From contig NC_013926.1 of the NCBI RefSeq assembly GCF_000025665.1, positions 240,001 to 272,000 of the forward strand: DNA of 32,000 nt, given 5' to 3'. Each line of letters opens with the position of its first letter. The stretch's first letter is position 1. The DNA comes from Aciduliprofundum boonei T469. GTDB taxonomy: Archaea; Thermoplasmatota; Thermoplasmata; Thermoplasmatales; Aciduliprofundaceae. Under the pieces are notes generated by a model. The model saw nothing but the letters and a program-made list of their open reading frames with translations, was not told the origin of the DNA and did not search any database. Position numbers and translations under genes: made by a program. Shown here piece by piece: positions 17,742 through 26,241 of the stretch.

Positions 17742-19057
17742 TTAAACCACCTCTTTTTACCTTTTAAAGTAATAATCTTAGAAATAATTAGAAATATGTA
17801 ATTTAAAAAAATAATTATAGGTATTCCTAAAAGAGGGGCAAGAGTTCTTCTTTTAAAATGTTTATATTTTATTTGAGATAGCTTTTTTTCAAGTATTTTT
17901 GTATTTAGCTTAGCATTTTCTATCTGTTTAAATGGAGGGAAAGTAAAGGATGATTTATTATTAAGCGCCTTTTGAATCATATCTATAAGTTTCCTTTTTC
18001 TCAATTCAAAAATTGGAATTGTATAATCCAAAAGATTTAAATCATGCATAAATGAGGAAACTTTAGGAGCATAACTGATTGCAATTATTGGAACTCCAGC
18101 AAGTGACGCTAAAAGCAAAGTATGTAACCTCATTGCGATTACTAGATCTAATTGCTTTAAAAATTCGATAAATTCCTTAGGATTGTAATCCTCTTTTATT
18201 ATTTTTATATTACCCCGATATTTAACGAGTTTAAATATTTTCATATAAATATCATCATCACTTAATATATTTTCATAATATGGCAGTGTTCTATTCTTTA
18301 GCACCATAGGAAGGAAAATTATCTCAGCATTGTATTTATCAACTAAATAATCACATATCTTTGAAAATTCTTTTATAATATGATTTTCATCCCAAATCGA
18401 GTAATAAGAATACATTGGATCGTAGGCCCGGAGGTTTATTCCTATTATGATTTTCTTACTATTAATATTAGTAATATAATTATATATTAATTTATTTTTA
18501 TTATTTGCGGAATTGAGTAAAAAAGCAATATCCGAAGTTAAATAAATTTTGGGTTTTATAACACCCAATTTCTTTAAGTTATATTTAGAATCTCTATCTC
18601 TAACAGTAATAATATCAACATGATTTAATACTACAGTGGTAATAAAAGATAAAAATTTTGAATTTATGTGGGTTGCACCTATCCCTATCAAAAAAACAGG
18701 TATTCCCATAAGTTTTGCTAGACCAAGGAAAGATATACTTTGGAAATTTCCATTTATTAAATCCCCTCCTCCATAGATAATAACATCACTTTTTTGAAGA
18801 ATTTTTATAACCTTCAGTATATTTCTTAATTTATAAAATTCAAATATGCGAAGTGTGTCTTTGATAGCATATTCCTTACTGTAGATATTTTTAATTCTTA
18901 TATCATTATCCGTCAAAATAAAAAATTCTATATCAGTAGATATTTTTTTCATTATCTTTTGGATTTCATCCATTAACGCTACAAATATTGCATCATCTCC
19001 TGTGTTTACACCTGCCCAATTTACAATTGTTATTGTAAACTTTTGCTTTTTCATCAT
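17738..19057 (-). CDS. Polysaccharide pyruvyl transferase family protein with a C-terminal TM segment
   Basis: NWAGVNTGDDAIFVAL and IIYGGGDLI match the CsaB/WcaK-type pyruvyl transferase motifs. GGAGGAGG precedes ATG 19057, which overlaps the flippase stop as ATGA. The C-terminal LAPLLGIPIIIFLNYIFLIISKII is hydrophobic. Confidence 0.8.
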   Translation of the reverse strand: MMKKQKFTITIVNWAGVNTGDDAIFVALMDEIQKIMKKISTDIEFFILTDNDIRIKNIYSKEYAIKDTLRIFEFYKLRNILKVIKILQKSDVIIYGGGDLINGNFQSISFLGLAKLMGIPVFLIGIGATHINSKFLSFITTVVLNHVDIITVRDRDSKYNLKKLGVIKPKIYLTSDIAFLLNSANNKNKLIYNYITNINSKKIIIGINLRAYDPMYSYYSIWDENHIIKEFSKICDYLVDKYNAEIIFLPMVLKNRTLPYYENILSDDDIYMKIFKLVKYRGNIKIIKEDYNPKEFIEFLKQLDLVIAMRLHTLLLASLAGVPIIAISYAPKVSSFMHDLNLLDYTIPIFELRKRKLIDMIQKALNNKSSFTFPPFKQIENAKLNTKILEKKLSQIKYKHFKRRTLAPLLGIPIIIFLNYIFLIISKIITLKGKKRWFK

Positions 19058-20361
19058 AACCTCCTCCAATCTAACGTTAGTATATGTTTAATTAGCCGTA
19101 AATCTTTTCTACTTATTTTATATGATGTTATTATTTTCTTTTTCTTTAAAATGGATCCTCTTACTATCAACAGAAAAATTCTCGTAATTAAGGTAGCAAA
19201 CGCTGCACCCACAGCTCCTTTAATAGAGATCAATGCATAATTTAATGCTATATTTAAAAGTATACCAACAAGCATTATATACATCTCTAACTTTTGATTG
19301 TTCGATGCATTTAATAAATAACCGAAAGTTTGCGTGAGGAAACCGATACCTATAGATATAATAAGAATCTGAAAAATGGGTATAGAATTTATATATTTAT
19401 AGCCATATATGATTATTATTAAGGGTTGTGCTAATAAGTATCCTAAAATCATTATAATCATTCCAAAAAATCCCATAATATATACTGAATATAGTGACAT
19501 TTTCTCAAATTTGTTATGATTGCGTTTATATTCCATAGATATTCGGGGGTATATAGAAGTAAGATATGCAAAAGGGATAAATGAAGCTGTAATTGATAAT
19601 TTATAAGCTGCATTATATATTCCTACCTCAAAATTACTCTTAATGAAAGATAACATAATTGAATCTGTATAATAATACACACCAACAAAAAAGGAAGTCA
19701 GTGCAAATGGCCACGCATCTTTTATTATGTACTTCCATAAACTCCAATCTGCCTCTAGAGTGATTCTTATAAACTTAAGAGTAATTATCGTTCCATAATA
19801 TCCTAGTATAATTAAATATACAATAATATAAATAAATGCAAAATGTATAACATCTAATCTTAATACTATTGCTATAATAGTAAATACCAGGAACAATATA
19901 CTTTGAAGGATTTGCCCCATACCTACAAACTCCATTTTCTCAAATGCGTTACATAAATCTACAAATAAATTTATAATACCTCCAACAATCCATGTTATCG
20001 TTATAATATATACAACCATAACGGTAGTATAAGGATATTCCAAGAAATTAACTATTAATGCAATAATCAAAAATGTTAGTGCTCCTAGTAAAGTTTTCAA
20101 TACTATGCCATTAGCTAAATATTTAGGAGCTAATTTTTTATTTCTTGCTATTTCTCTGACATATAAAGGATCTATTCCAAAATTAATCAAAACTCTAAAT
20201 ATCCCATTTAAAGCCAAGGCAAATGCTAGAATACCATAATTTGCAGGACCTAAATATCTCACAGTATATATCAAATAAAAAAAACCAAACAACTTACTGA
20301 TAATTCTAGATAAAAAAAGAATACCTGTGTTTTTAGCGATTGTACTAACAGTTTTCCCCAT
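19054..20361 (-). CDS. Wzx-like oligosaccharide flippase (MOP superfamily polysaccharide biosynthesis protein)
   Basis: About 12+ TM helices, with the N-terminus KNTGILFLSRIISKLFGFFYLIYTVRYLGPANYGILAFALAL typical of the family. The probable start is ATG 20361, 5 nt after the rmlD stop. Confidence 0.8.
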   Translation of the reverse strand: MGKTVSTIAKNTGILFLSRIISKLFGFFYLIYTVRYLGPANYGILAFALALNGIFRVLINFGIDPLYVREIARNKKLAPKYLANGIVLKTLLGALTFLIIALIVNFLEYPYTTVMVVYIITITWIVGGIINLFVDLCNAFEKMEFVGMGQILQSILFLVFTIIAIVLRLDVIHFAFIYIIVYLIILGYYGTIITLKFIRITLEADWSLWKYIIKDAWPFALTSFFVGVYYYTDSIMLSFIKSNFEVGIYNAAYKLSITASFIPFAYLTSIYPRISMEYKRNHNKFEKMSLYSVYIMGFFGMIIMILGYLLAQPLIIIIYGYKYINSIPIFQILIISIGIGFLTQTFGYLLNASNNQKLEMYIMLVGILLNIALNYALISIKGAVGAAFATLITRIFLLIVRGSILKKKKIITSYKISRKDLRLIKHILTLDWRRL

Positions 20362-20366
20362 ATATC

Positions 20367-21218
20367 TTAACCCTCCGCAAGTTCTGAAACATATCTTTTC
20401 AGAGCACTTTTCCATGGAGAGAGCCTAAGAGCAACATCGTGTATTTTTTTATTTTCTAATGCTGAAAACTTGGGTCTCCGTGCCAATCTTATTAGTTCAT
20501 TAGATCCTATTGGTTTTATAGGAATTTCAAATCCTAGAATGTTAACTATCTCTTTTGCAAACTCATACCAAGAGCAGTATCCTTCATTAACCATATGATA
20601 TATTCCGTACTCTGGTTTTCTCTCTAATAATTTTTTTAATGTTTCTGCCACATCTCTTGTATAGGTGGGACTCATAATAATATCATCCACTACTTTTATT
20701 TCCTCACCTCTTCTAGCTTTTTCAATGATCCAATTAACAAAATTTCCTCCCTTACCTCTTGCTCCTTTTTTACCATACAAACTTGCAACTCTTACGATAT
20801 AATATTTTTTAGAGTAATTTCTTGTGAATATCTCCCCCATATACTTACTTGCTCCATACACATTTATTGGATTGGGCATATCCTCCTCTGTGTAAGGTGC
20901 TCCCTTTCTTCCATCAAATACATAATCTGTGCTTATATAGACATTAATGGCATCAAGCTTATTAGCTATCTTGGCTACATAAAGTGCACCTATTGCATTT
21001 ACATTAAAGGCCTTTTTAGGTTCTTTTTCAGCATCATCTACTCTCACGTATGCAGCGGTATTTATTATAACATCTGGATCTATTTTTTTCAATATCTTTA
21101 AACTATCATAATTAGTGACATCTAAATCCCTGTGAGTTAAAGGAACTGCTATCTCCCCAAATACTTCTACTAAGTCGCTTCCAAGCTGACCATTTGCACC
21201 TATTATTGCGACTTTCAT
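20367..21218 (-). CDS. rmlD: dTDP-4-dehydrorhamnose reductase
   Basis: MKVAIIGANGQLGSDL Rossmann motif and YISTDYVFDG motif, in context with rmlABC. Confidence 0.9.
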   Translation of the reverse strand: MKVAIIGANGQLGSDLVEVFGEIAVPLTHRDLDVTNYDSLKILKKIDPDVIINTAAYVRVDDAEKEPKKAFNVNAIGALYVAKIANKLDAINVYISTDYVFDGRKGAPYTEEDMPNPINVYGASKYMGEIFTRNYSKKYYIVRVASLYGKKGARGKGGNFVNWIIEKARRGEEIKVVDDIIMSPTYTRDVAETLKKLLERKPEYGIYHMVNEGYCSWYEFAKEIVNILGFEIPIKPIGSNELIRLARRPKFSALENKKIHDVALRLSPWKSALKRYVSELAEG

Positions 21219-21223
21219 TTATT

Positions 21224-21799
21224 TCACCTAAATAACATGCCCTTGTTTTTCAATTCTTTCAAAGTGGGCCAATTCTTATCCTTTTCTGATAGTATGGGTT
21301 TAATTTCAGGCCACTCAATATTCACGTCAGGATCGTTCCATATAAGACCTCCCTCATATTCTGGAGCATAGATATTATCTACCTTGTACACCACATCTGC
21401 CTCTTCACTCAAAACAAGAAAACCATGAGCAAATCCTCTAGGTATAAAAAGCATTTTTTTATTCTTCTCTGAGAGCACAACGCCCACATATTTTCCAAAT
21501 GTTGGTGAGGATTCTCTTAAATCCACAGCTACATCAAATATTTCACCTTTAATGCACCTCACTATCTTAGCTTGAGCATAAGGTTCTCTTTGAAAATGTA
21601 ACCCTCGCAACACACCATATTTAGAATGAGAGTGATTATCCTGCAAAAATTCTCCTTTAATCCCATTTTTTTCAAAATCATCCTTTTTGTAAGTCTCCAT
21701 AAAGAATCCACGCTCATCCTCAAAAACCTTAGGTCTTATAATTATCACATCTCTCATTTCCTTTGCTCTTTCAAACTTGAATGGCATTTTCATCACCAT
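21224..21799 (-). CDS. rmlC: dTDP-4-dehydrorhamnose 3,5-epimerase
   Basis: FEDERGFFMETY, QDNHSHSKYGVLRGLHFQ and GEIFDVAVDLR motifs. The start is ambiguous among TTG 21811 and ATG 21799, 21793 or 21787, all at or near the rmlB stop. Confidence 0.9.
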   Translation of the reverse strand: MVMKMPFKFERAKEMRDVIIIRPKVFEDERGFFMETYKKDDFEKNGIKGEFLQDNHSHSKYGVLRGLHFQREPYAQAKIVRCIKGEIFDVAVDLRESSPTFGKYVGVVLSEKNKKMLFIPRGFAHGFLVLSEEADVVYKVDNIYAPEYEGGLIWNDPDVNIEWPEIKPILSEKDKNWPTLKELKNKGMLFR

Positions 21800-22797
21800 T
21801 TTAATTTCCAAGGTGTGGGATGAAGCACCTTATCATTTATTAAAGGTTTCCACCACCATTCATTCTTAACATACCATTCAACAACATATTTCAATCCTTC
21901 ATCAAAATTATAAACAGGTTTCCATCCAAGATTTCTTATTTTCTCTGTGTTTAAGCTATATCTAACATCGTGTCCCGGCCTATCTTCCACATATTCAATC
22001 ATATCCTCATTTTTTCCAAGATAGGCAAGTATCTTTCTTACAACCTCTATATTTTCCTTCTCTTCATTAGATGCTATATTATAAATCTCTCCTTTACTTC
22101 CCTTTTGCAAAACCAAATCTATTCCTCTACAATGATCCTCCACAAATATCCAGTCACGAACCTGTTTTCCTGTACCATAGACTGGTATTTTTAATCCTTT
22201 TAATGCACGAATTATAGTTTTGGGAATTAACTTCTCAGGAAATTGGTAGGGTCCATAGTTATTTGAGCATCTTGTAATAACAGCATCAATACCATAAGTT
22301 CTTACATAAGATTTTACAATTAAATCGGCTGATGCTTTACTAGCTGAATAGGGGGATGAAGGACTTAATCTATCTCCTTCCTTAAATGATCCTTCCACTA
22401 TATCTCCATACACCTCATCTGTGGATATATGAACTAATCTATCAATATCATATTTTCTAGCCATTTCAAGAAGCGTAGCTACTCCTACAACATTAGTGTT
22501 GATAAAAGATAAAGGAGATGATATGCTTCTGTCAACATGGGTTTCTGCTGCAAAATTAATGATATATGCTATCTCCTCACTTTTTATCACTTCCTCCAGT
22601 TTCTCTCTATCTGCAATATCTCCTTTAATGAATTTGTACCTTTTATCCTTCTCCACATCTCTCAAATTCTCTAGATTACTTCCATAGGACAATACATCAT
22701 AGTTTACTATTTCAATATCCTCGTATTTATTCAGAAGATAATGAATACAATTAGACCCTATAAATCCCGCACCGCCTGTAACCAAGATTTTTGTCAT
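21793..22797 (-). CDS. rmlB: dTDP-glucose 4,6-dehydratase
   Basis: ILVTGGAGFIGSN and the YSASKA catalytic motif. ATG 22797 is preceded by GGTGA at 5-nt spacing; the ORF track starts at GTG 22806. Confidence 0.9.
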   Translation of the reverse strand: MTKILVTGGAGFIGSNCIHYLLNKYEDIEIVNYDVLSYGSNLENLRDVEKDKRYKFIKGDIADREKLEEVIKSEEIAYIINFAAETHVDRSISSPLSFINTNVVGVATLLEMARKYDIDRLVHISTDEVYGDIVEGSFKEGDRLSPSSPYSASKASADLIVKSYVRTYGIDAVITRCSNNYGPYQFPEKLIPKTIIRALKGLKIPVYGTGKQVRDWIFVEDHCRGIDLVLQKGSKGEIYNIASNEEKENIEVVRKILAYLGKNEDMIEYVEDRPGHDVRYSLNTEKIRNLGWKPVYNFDEGLKYVVEWYVKNEWWWKPLINDKVLHPTPWKLKW

Positions 22798-22841
22798 TAA
22801 GCTCACCTTATTTATACCTTGATATCTTTGAATTATTTAAA

Positions 22842-22850
22842 TTTTAAATA
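22842..22850 (+). promoter_or_regulatory. TATA-like box for rmlA, in the divergent rmlB/rmlA intergenic region
   Basis: TTTTAAATA is centred about 27 nt upstream of the rmlA ATG at 22873, and no SD lies between them. Confidence 0.4.
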
Positions 22851-22872
22851 TCTTATGTAAGATTACCTTATT

Positions 22873-23745
22873 ATGAAAGCAATATTGATGGCTGGAGGTA
22901 GTGGAACTAGATTGTATCCCATCACATATGCAGTAAACAAACATTTGTTACCTATTTATGATAAACCTATGATTTATTACTCTCTTTCCATTCCTATGCT
23001 TGCTGGAATAAGAGATATATTGATAATCTCTGACCCTTACAGTTTAGATAGTTACAAAAAATTATTTGGTGATGGTTCTCAGTGGGGATTACATATAGAG
23101 TATGCTGCTCAAAGGAAACCTAAAGGAATTGCAGAGGGTTTAATAATTGGAGAAAACTTTTTGGATGGTGATAGCGTGTGCATGGTACTTGGAGATAATA
23201 TATTGTATGGACATGATTTTCCATCAATCCTTAAAGAAGCTAGAGAAAATATAGAAAATAATAAGTATGGTGCAGTGGTATTTGGATACTATGTAAAGGA
23301 TCCTGAGAGATATGGTATTGTTGAATTTGATTCTAATGATAATCCTACCTCTATTGTAGAAAAACCAAAAAAACCAAAATCAAATTATGCTGTTATTGGT
23401 GTGTATTTTTACGACTCAAATGCCCCACAAATCGCAAAAAATATCGAACCATCTTGGAGAAATGAACTGGAAATCACGGATGTAAACAATGAATATCTTA
23501 AAAGAGGAAAATTAAAAGTGATAAAACTGGGAAGGGGTTTTGCATGGCTAGATACTGGAACTTATGATTCTTTAATAGAAGCAAGCATATTCGTAAAAAC
23601 ACTGGAAGAGAGAATGGGGTTAAAAATAAGCTGTCCTGAAGAGATAGCGTATAGAAAGGGATTTATTTCTAAAGAACAACTCAAAAAATTGGGCAATGAA
23701 CTATCCAATACATCTTATGGGAAGTATTTATTAAACTTGATTTAA
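22873..23745 (+). CDS. rmlA: Glucose-1-phosphate thymidylyltransferase
   Basis: [18 protein letters not shown]...[15 protein letters not shown] is the canonical RmlA N-terminus. Confidence 0.9.
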   Translation: MKAILMAGGSGTRLYPITYAVNKHLLPIYDKPMIYYSLSIPMLAGIRDILIISDPYSLDSYKKLFGDGSQWGLHIEYAAQRKPKGIAEGLIIGENFLDGDSVCMVLGDNILYGHDFPSILKEARENIENNKYGAVVFGYYVKDPERYGIVEFDSNDNPTSIVEKPKKPKSNYAVIGVYFYDSNAPQIAKNIEPSWRNELEITDVNNEYLKRGKLKVIKLGRGFAWLDTGTYDSLIEASIFVKTLEERMGLKISCPEEIAYRKGFISKEQLKKLGNELSNTSYGKYLLNLI

Positions 23746-24617
23746 TTTTTTTTAACAAATACCTTTATCACCATCCAGTAAAACAAGAACACATAAATCA
23801 AGAATAGTATATTTCCAAGATTGCTATGAAATAGTTGCATTATTGACATACCATAATCTATCGCTATAGCAACCAAGATAGTCACACGAATTACATTAAC
23901 AAACAAATCTCCTATGGCACCTACAACAATCAAAGCCACCTTGGCCCACCACTTTATTCTCTCTCTTAAAAGCAGAACAATCATTAAAAGAGTGAAGAGT
24001 GTGAAGCTCTCAATTCCTGAGCACCAGACGAGCATGTATATTCTCTCTCCGTTGGGCAGGATGAAATAATTCGGACCTGCTGTGACACCATATCCAAATA
24101 GATTCACCAGTGCTGTAGAGAAGTAAATAGTAAAATTGATAAATGTAGGACCGAGAATATCAATAAATAGCGTGGTACCCATCAAAAACTCAAATACTGC
24201 TATTGCAAGAATAAAGCCCACAGGAAGATAAAATTCCCAAAGATCTCTCATTCCATAGAACATTATAGCAAGCCCTACAAGTACAAAAGTAACATCAATA
24301 TTACCAAAATTTGGAGATGTATGCAAGGGATTAAACACATAATTCAAAAATGGCAATACAACCAAAATTATCCCAATTATAAAATCAACAGGTATATTTC
24401 CCACAGAATAGAACTTAGAGTTAAGTTTTTTGTAATTCTTCGCATCTAAAACAACTATCACCAAGAATAAAAGCACTGTGATAAGAGTCATACCCACATA
24501 AGAGATAAAATAAGTCATTGATACAATTAATACAGAGTATATGAATAGATTATACCTGTTTTCATCAATGTATTTCTTCATTTTAGCAAAGTTCATTAAC
24601 ATATGAAAAGAGAGCAA
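23742..24617 (-). CDS. Archaeosortase/exosortase-family membrane transpeptidase
   Basis: Polytopic protein with the family's three signature positions: Cys in LVWCSGIES, Arg in FVNVIRV and His in LFHSNLGN. The start could instead be ATG 24581. Confidence 0.75.
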   Translation of the reverse strand: MLSFHMLMNFAKMKKYIDENRYNLFIYSVLIVSMTYFISYVGMTLITVLLFLVIVVLDAKNYKKLNSKFYSVGNIPVDFIIGIILVVLPFLNYVFNPLHTSPNFGNIDVTFVLVGLAIMFYGMRDLWEFYLPVGFILAIAVFEFLMGTTLFIDILGPTFINFTIYFSTALVNLFGYGVTAGPNYFILPNGERIYMLVWCSGIESFTLFTLLMIVLLLRERIKWWAKVALIVVGAIGDLFVNVIRVTILVAIAIDYGMSIMQLFHSNLGNILFLIYVFLFYWMVIKVFVKKN

Positions 24618-24895
24618 ATAAATTAAGTTTGCCGTGAATAGATTGGCTCCTGTAAAGGAAAATTATTTCCAAATTTTCACAAAAGTGGGGTTGAAAAAGC
24701 GTGAAGAATTCACGCGACTTGATGGCACCTGATACCTTCCACCCATTTCTTCATACTTCTTATTCAAATCCTCATAACCCAACAAAATACCCCTTAATTC
24801 TCTCCAAAAATCCACAATTTAACCCCCCTTCCTACCATTTTCCCACCAATCCACTTCCAAGGCACCCTCAAAATATCTCTCACAATTCCTCTTAC

Positions 24896-25075
24896 TTCAC
24901 AATTAATTTTTATGAAAATTGTGAAAAATTCTATGAAAATTAGTTAAATACACAATAAATCACAGATATGAACTTTTGAGAAAAGTGGTAAAAAATTGTG
25001 AAATATCGCAAATAAATTAGGTATAACACGAGATTTCACAATAAAAATTAAAAAATTTGTGATAAACTTATAAAT
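24896..25075. promoter_or_regulatory. Array of ATTGTGAA/TTCACAAT inverted repeats ending at a TATA-like box
   Basis: Perfect 9-bp inverted repeat TTCACAATT (24896-24904) / AATTGTGAA (24917-24925). Perfect 10-bp inverted repeat ATTGTGAAAT (24995-25004) / ATTTCACAAT (25033-25042). Half-site TTTGTGATA (25056-25064) abuts TTATAAAT (25068-75), which lies about 26 nt before ATG 25096. Confidence 0.5.
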
Positions 25076-25095
25076 GAGCATTTAATAGCAAGATT

Positions 25096-25503
25096 ATGGA
25101 AGAGGACCATTCGGAGATTGAGGAGCTTGTAAATGAGGGATACATATATGTCAGGTATCCCAAGAGTGTGAATAATAGAGTATACCTGTACCTGATCAAT
25201 CCTGAGAATGGAGATAAGAAGAGCATGTCTGTCGAGATTGAGAGCAAGGATGAGCTCAGATACTTTAGAAAAACTTTGCCAAAGCTAATGCGCAAAGTTT
25301 CAGGCATAAGCTACTACACGGGAGCAAAGAAGAGAAAGAAGGAAGCTCATGATGGTATTATAGAGAGTATGTTTAGAGAAAATCTTGAATTTATAATGAA
25401 GACAATCTTGAGAAGAGACGAGTTTTTAAATCCATCACAGAAGATTTGGGCTTTACTACTTTTTTGTTTCTTACCTCCAAACTGCATCTCTCTCCAAACA
25501 TGA
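25096..25503 (+). CDS. Hypothetical 135-aa protein
   Basis: The ORF follows a TATA-like box at leaderless spacing. Its stop overlaps the next ATG as ATGA (25500-25503). I recognised no family. Confidence 0.55.
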   Translation: MEEDHSEIEELVNEGYIYVRYPKSVNNRVYLYLINPENGDKKSMSVEIESKDELRYFRKTLPKLMRKVSGISYYTGAKKRKKEAHDGIIESMFRENLEFIMKTILRRDEFLNPSQKIWALLLFCFLPPNCISLQT

Positions 25504-26228
25504 TGAAACAGATCGTTGAAAGACCAAAAGCAATCTCAAGCTTGCTCTCTGATTTCCTCGTAACGCTGGTGAAAAACTATGAAGATCCAGAAAGATACTA
25601 TAAGATTGAGAAAGAGAACGAAGAATTAAAGAAAGAGCTTGAAGAGCTGAGAGCACAGATGGAAAACGAGAGAAAATTAAATGCAGAGCTGAGAATGCAG
25701 CTTACAGGCATAACTGCCATGCTCACAACCACACAGAAGAAGAGATTTGTAGGATGGCTCAATTTGCGCCAGGGTGCTGGATGGACCGAATATCCAATCT
25801 CCACAAATTTCATACCCATACCTTACGGTCCTGATGATGAATTTATAGATAATCTTATAAAAGGTGCAGTTGCAATACGCATACTAGGTCCATCTTACAC
25901 TCCCTCTGAAGGAACGTATTATGCGCTTACAAAAATCATAGATGGAACAAATAATACTTTCGACTTATTACTGTCTCACATTTCAGAGATTGATTCTGAA
26001 ATTATAGAACTTAATAAAGAGGTAAGTAATATAAAAAATGAGGTAACGCTTCTAAAACTCAACCCTCCGCAGCCCAAGAAAGAAATAGTGAAAATAGAAC
26101 CCCCACCAAAGATGAGCATGGAGGAGGAAATAAAATACTTAGAGAGCAAAGGATACAAGATCACTCCTCCCTGCGATGAAGATTGTGTGAGAAGAATAGT
26201 AGAAGAGAAAAAAATCTTCCACTATTGA
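25500..26228 (+). CDS. Hypothetical 242-aa protein with coiled-coil segments
   Basis: MMKQIV start coupled to the upstream stop. Heptad-like EKENEELKKELEELRAQMENERKLNAELRMQL and EIDSEIIELNKEVSNIKNEV segments. The ORF-track extension to 25446 is probably spurious. Confidence 0.6.
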   Translation: MMKQIVERPKAISSLLSDFLVTLVKNYEDPERYYKIEKENEELKKELEELRAQMENERKLNAELRMQLTGITAMLTTTQKKRFVGWLNLRQGAGWTEYPISTNFIPIPYGPDDEFIDNLIKGAVAIRILGPSYTPSEGTYYALTKIIDGTNNTFDLLLSHISEIDSEIIELNKEVSNIKNEVTLLKLNPPQPKKEIVKIEPPPKMSMEEEIKYLESKGYKITPPCDEDCVRRIVEEKKIFHY

Positions 26229-26241
26229 CAAAGAGACTGCA

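Noticed and set aside
24732-24913. G-quadruplex formation by the G-runs on the minus strand of the G-free tract
   Set aside because: Runs of three or more G are separated mostly by 9-35 nt, well beyond the canonical loop length of 7 or less, so a classical G4 is not supported. The compositional skew itself is retained as a finding.
24701-24943. 80-aa ORF (MKNSRDLMAPDTFHPFLHTSYSNPHNPT...) in the ORF track
   Set aside because: It lies in the nearly G-free tract, where TAG and TGA cannot occur, so long open frames arise by composition alone. The product is low-complexity (P/N/H/S/T-rich), starts at GTG inside a palindrome and has no start context.
25446-25499. N-terminal extension (MGFTTFLFLTSKLHLSPN) of the 260-aa ORF
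   Set aside because: It overlaps the end of the upstream ORF by 58 nt. The ATG at 25500 forms an ATGA junction with the upstream stop and is the more economical start.
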